IMG/VR virus record: IMGVR_UViG_3300023297_000003
DNA length: 64,000 nucleotides
Origin: a virus
Taxonomy: Duplodnaviria; Heunggongvirae; Uroviricota; Caudoviricetes
Direction: 5' to 3' (one strand)
The position numbers and the translations under genes were made by a program. Every line of letters begins with the position of its first letter. The stretch's first letter is position 1. The notes below the pieces were generated by a model. The model did not search any database. It saw only the letters and a program-made list of their open reading frames with translations, and was not told where the DNA came from. This document shows positions 59,485 to 64,000 of this stretch, piece by piece.

Positions 59485-62159
59485 TCAGTTTAGGAGAACG
59501 GTGTCCTCGTTCAGGCCCAGCAACCCCATGCGCTCACGCTTCTGAGATGCCGACTGGATCTCGGTGAGCCTTTCCACTCGGACGCCCGCCCGTTCCTTGA
59601 TCAACTCCTCCACGGCCATCACAGCCTCCTCCGTTCCGTGCATCTTCCACACAGTACGCCCCCCGTCATGATGGAGGGTCGGTGTCATGGTCATCTCGAT
59701 GATGAAGGAGTTACCGCCAGTTATCACCAGCGTCCAAACACGGGAAGGCTCTACCCTTAGGGGAGCCACCCTGCTGATCTCGTTTGCCATTCCGTTGTCT
59801 CCTCCGCAGAGGTTTGGTCCCAACCGAACAACTTCAGAAGGAAGGGGCTCGCTGGGGGAACAAAGACCTCCTCGGAGACAGCAGCCACCGAGATCCTGTG
59901 GGATCTCAACACCGCCGTCCGCCCTGAGAACTTTGCATCCTTAGGTAACAGTACCGCTAGCATCCGACTATGTTGGAGGGCGGACTCAACTGTGGGGCAC
60001 AGAAAAACGATCCAGTCGGGCTTGGCAGGGAGACTCTGGATGGCTGCGATCAGTTCTACGATCATGGTGAGGACTCGTACAAGCGCCCGCACCAACCCAC
60101 CGTCCTCTCATTGATCTGGTGCATCGGTGCAACCTCAAGGATCAGGGGTCTAGGTGTTTTGTCCTGGAGCTTGTCCACAAGGTCAGAGGCCAAGGCCATC
60201 GCTGCTATGTCAAAAAAAGAAAAGTTCGGGGACAAGGATTCCCGACCTGAGATGTCCACTGCCCACGTTGCAAGGGCGCAGGGGGTCTCATTTCCCTCCA
60301 CAGGATCTCGGGGTGTCACATCGAACCTCAACCGGGCCAGAGCCTGGATGATCCCATCCCTGATCACGGGCGACACAGAACGCCGCCCCTGGGATGTTGC
60401 CACCGCTGCCCAGGTGGCCTCCAGGGTTTCCTTCTTTTTGAGCACAGCCAACTCCGCCCCAGTAGGTTTGGCCGTTTTTGCCAGGGCCGGGAGTTGCCCC
60501 CGGCGATACCCTGACAGATCCGTTCCCGCAGACCCGAACTTGGCGATGTCTAGGGCTACGTCCGGTTTGACAACAGCCCTCCCATGGTCGGCTATAACTT
60601 TGAGGACTGCGGGATCGGCTGTAATACCTTGAAGCCGTTTCTTCTCGTGGGTGTCCAACTGTGTCTGGGTTTCCAATGCGGCAGCGGCAAGCATCCGACC
60701 TACCATCACAGAGTTCCTAGCAGTGGTGTCCACAGGGACAGAAGGGAGTTGCCCCTTGAGGATCGGTCCTGACCGTAACTCAGGCATGTCACCATCCAAC
60801 TGGGCACGCTCAATCAGTCCGGCTTCTACCAGAGGATTGATCCGAGGGAGCTTGTTGGTCGGGTTATGTGTCTCAAGCTGAGGTTCAGGCAGCTTCTCAG
60901 CGGCCTTCTCCAGTGCCTCTCGGGCCTTCGGATCCTCCTCGCTGATCTGCATGATCCAACGAACGGCTTCCGTTACCTCAATCTTTTTGTCACGAGCGTC
61001 AGCCAGGATCTGCCCCAACGCAGGGGACTCCTCCGTGACTTCCTTCTCCAGAGAGGCCAGGGCGTCCAGAAGGGTCCTTGGATCTTCGGTCATTTCTTCC
61101 CCCCTAACTGGATGCGTGCCCCTGGCTTGACCAAGTTGTCTACCACGGGACTCGCTGTCCAGGGATCCCCCTGCGGGATGTGCGGCGACGCTGGGGGAGG
61201 TCCCTCATCTATCATCAACCCACCGGAGGGGGCCTCAGTGTTCCCCGTTGGGGGATGAGGCGACGGAGCTTCCTTCTTTGACGGTGCCGGGGGTTCCGGC
61301 TCGGGGACTGGTTCCGGGACAGGCGTGCCCCCCATCAACGCTTCAGTGTCCTCAGGGAATTCGGTGGGGACGGGAGTCTGTTCAGGCGGGTCCAGGTTCA
61401 TCTCCTGACCCCGACTCCGGGCCAGCACCTGGGCAGCGGCATCTACCGCTGAGGTGGTAGTCAGAGTGGCGGTCTCGGTGTTTCCATCCCTGATTGGGAT
61501 TTCCGGTACAGACCAATCCCCCTTCTGTTCCGCCGCTGCAATTGCTTCGGCGTACTCGGACATATCAGGAAAGTCTGCCAGTGCAGCATAGTCCCGAGCA
61601 TCAACCCTGAGGGGGTTGAGCATCCGGTCCACCTGGACTGCAACCCTGGCCCCGAACCTGTCCACCCCCCACTTTGCCAATCGGCACCCTGGGTTTCGGC
61701 AATGAGCACAGAATATCTCCTGAAAACTCTTAGCGTCAAGGCCCCGATCCTCTGCCATGCACCCCTGTAACAAGTCCTGCATCATCTCCCTCCGCCTGGA
61801 GGGGTAATCATCTCCAGGAATTTACGATGCCGGGCGGAACTTTCCAAAGAAGGCAGATCCAAAGTGGGGGTGACGATTTTTCCGTCTAGGCTAACAAGCG
61901 AAGGAAGTTGTTTATGGAACATGGCTTTACGGACATGGGGGCATTTGAGACACTTGTCTGGGTCCATTGTGATGAGGCCACAAATCTTCTCCCAGATCTG
62001 GAAACGTTGATACTCGGCGTCATCGATGATGCCTTCGGAACGTAGCTCGTCGGAGGACTTCTTTCGGCCCGCTGCCAAAGGCGGAAAACTCCGCCAATGA
62101 GCACAGGCTAATTGTACCTTTTTCCCATCCAACTCGGCACGTAATATTCTCATCGGCAC
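59485..62159 (-). other. Hypothetical ORFs downstream of the polymerase (61782-62159, 61090-61785, 60062-61093, 59757-60095, 59485-59823)
   Basis: ATGA-coupled operon. Confidence 0.7.
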
Positions 62160-62185
62160 ACCCCCGAGAACACCCTACCCACCAT

Positions 62186-64000
62186 CTACCGGAAAACGTA
62201 CTGGATCAGGGTTTCTAATTGTACAGGGCTCACCCGGATCGTCGTGAGGTTCAATCCCTCCAACCAACCTTCTACCTCTATACCCTCAACTGTCCTGAGG
62301 CGCAATGGACTTGATCCTTTTCCGTGACACTCGGCAATGATCTCTGCAAGCTGACCCGCCAGTTTGTACGTCATCGGACCAGGAAGCTGAAAGAAGTAGT
62401 CCTCCCCAGGAACCGCTGTGGGGGCGAGAGACGTCACTGGGACGACACTGGGCACCTCGGGGGCCTCTCCCTTCGGGAACGCCACAGAAAGCGACGTAGA
62501 CACCCCAGCGGCTGGTGCGCCCTGGGCCTCCTTGAACCAGGGGGCCAACTCCTCAGGCCAAGACGGGAGATCATCCCAAACAACACCTTCCGGGAGATCC
62601 TTCTTTTTGCCATACTTTTTGCCTTCGTGGAACCGCACCTCCCCATACCTCATCGCATTGAGGTCCCAGGGAACTGTCCAGTCAGTACCGATCTCGACAT
62701 CGGTGGTGAACGGTACAGGCCAGTTCTTGACCAAAATGTAATCGTTGGCCACCATTAAATCGACCAGGACAGGAACAGCCTCTTCCAGCACGTCAGCATC
62801 TACCTCAAAGACAAGCTCATCATGCATAGTGATGTTCATGGCCACCTTGTCCAACCAACCCCGACGCTTACATTCCTTGTAAATCAGAGCCATCGCAGTT
62901 TTGGTGACGTCAGCGGAACTGTTGTGAACGATGATATTGTTGCAAACGAAGGCATGGTCTTCATCAAAGATCTCAACATCGTACATTGGGACGGTTCGTT
63001 CCGACTGTTCCGTAAGAACTGCTTTTTCATAGTCATACTGCAACAACCGCCGCAACTCCTCCGGTTGTTCCTCTATCGGAAGTTGATTGAAATAAACAAG
63101 ACACTGTTCTTTACTTGCTGCTCCTGCGACCATTCTTAGCACCGCAGACTTTTTAGCTCTAGGCAAAGGAGCGTAAACACTAGAGGTTTTGACTAGTCTC
63201 CCGATCTTTTTCACCAGGAAAGGCGGAAGACAATGTCGCTGGTTATGGTAGTAACCCACACGCATATCGTCGAGCCTTTTCCGTTTGTAGTCTAAAGACG
63301 ATCCGACCAAATCCCGAAAACGTGTTCTGTCAAGCACACGTACCCACATTCCCCGTCGTCGCAGGGACGCCCGGATACCTAACGAATGGAGTAATTTTTG
63401 GGTGTCTGAAAGAAGTTCAAAATTGGCACTACGAAAAGCAGGCGCTGCATCCGCTTTTTTGGGGGTTCGAGGTGACACTGTGCCGTCAGTATCAAAATAA
63501 CCTCGCAAAAAAGCCGCCCTGTTTTCAGATGTTTCGCTCCACAAAGCAACAGGAAATCTTTTTGTGTGTGTTGTTTGATCTAACACACCGAGCACGTCAC
63601 GACAAAACGTCCTGAAATCTTTGTTCAGTACTTTAACCTGCCACATGTCCTGTCTGTTGTCGTCTTCTCGTCGTCGTTGCTTCCTTGTTATTGCTTCCAC
63701 CTGCAAATGGGTGTTGAGTTTCAGCATCCATTCTGAAGACCGCTGCCCCGCTGGGATTTTTGAAAGGTTGGACTCACCAATGTGCAAGATGAAGGCGTTC
63801 TGTTGGATTGAACCGTCCCCGTAGATAGCACCCAAAAACTCCCATAGTACGGCGGAATTACCAGCAAACAGAAAACGTTTGGCATTGTGCGACGTCATTC
63901 CTTTCGAAAACAGGTGTCCTCGTTGAGGATCTCTTGCTCTATCCCATTGGTAATGGGGAACATCCGTCGTTGTTACAGATGTTGCATTGGTAACTACCCA
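62186..64000 (-). CDS. polA: Family A DNA polymerase, C-terminal part, interrupted by an intein; runs off the window
   Basis: SSADVTKTAM (motif following IQG), MHDELVFEV (motif C); frame open to position 64000. Confidence 0.9.
   Translation of the reverse strand, partial: WVVTNATSVTTTDVPHYQWDRARDPQRGHLFSKGMTSHNAKRFLFAGNSAVLWEFLGAIYGDGSIQQNAFILHIGESNLSKIPAGQRSSEWMLKLNTHLQVEAITRKQRRREDDNRQDMWQVKVLNKDFRTFCRDVLGVLDQTTHTKRFPVALWSETSENRAAFLRGYFDTDGTVSPRTPKKADAAPAFRSANFELLSDTQKLLHSLGIRASLRRRGMWVRVLDRTRFRDLVGSSLDYKRKRLDDMRVGYYHNQRHCLPPFLVKKIGRLVKTSSVYAPLPRAKKSAVLRMVAGAASKEQCLVYFNQLPIEEQPEELRRLLQYDYEKAVLTEQSERTVPMYDVEIFDEDHAFVCNNIIVHNSSADVTKTAMALIYKECKRRGWLDKVAMNITMHDELVFEVDADVLEEAVPVLVDLMVANDYILVKNWPVPFTTDVEIGTDWTVPWDLNAMRYGEVRFHEGKKYGKKKDLPEGVVWDDLPSWPEELAPWFKEAQGAPAAGVSTSLSVAFPKGEAPEVPSVVPVTSLAPTAVPGEDYFFQLPGPMTYKLAGQLAEIIAECHGKGSSPLRLRTVEGIEVEGWLEGLNLTTIRVSPVQLETLIQYVFR
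62921..64000 (-). mobile_element. Intein with LAGLIDADG endonuclease (partial)
   Basis: LGAIYGDG, FLRGYFDTDG, YDVEI..HAFVCNNIIVHN followed by Ser. Confidence 0.93.

Noticed and set aside
1-64000. Stop-codon reassignment suggested by a phage-encoded RF
   Set aside because: Long genes are intact under the standard code, and TAA, TAG and TGA all end genes at coupled junctions.

Overview
This window looks like a 64-kb segment of a large (jumbo/huge) dsDNA phage genome. The basis is inference from gene content: short, tightly overlapping (ATGA/TAATG) hypothetical ORFs, a family A DNA polymerase with an intein, tdk, a deoxynucleoside kinase, UDG, a DEDD exonuclease, two DNA methyltransferases and a recurrent private promoter motif. 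The standard genetic code reads all long ORFs. No tRNA, rRNA or CRISPR array was seen. Highlights: (1) a short RF1-type (PxT, GGQ) release factor split by a prfB-style +1 frameshift cassette (AGGAGG-TCC-CTT-TGA-C) at a position not homologous to the one in RF2; (2) an SF2 helicase followed by six genes built from 18 complete helicase-associated (HA) repeats with a shared N-terminal leader and a hypervariable putative recognition helix, with a methyltransferase-like gene embedded; (3) a glycosyltransferase/radical SAM/methyltransferase/sugar dehydrogenase cluster; (4) 14 intact copies of a GATC(ATC)-anchored, N12-spaced GAGTAG promoter-like motif, plus a 15th copy split by a TnpB element; (5) hairpins that occlude ribosome-binding sites next to CTATA boxes, upstream of genes sharing an RxAxRY motif; (6) four RNA-guided nuclease elements (three TnpB, one IscB with omega-RNA) with no transposase in the window; (7) a catalytically degenerate glutamine synthetase and several ADP-ribose/RNA-repair-type counter-defence domains. 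All family calls come from motif recognition by eye, not from database searches.
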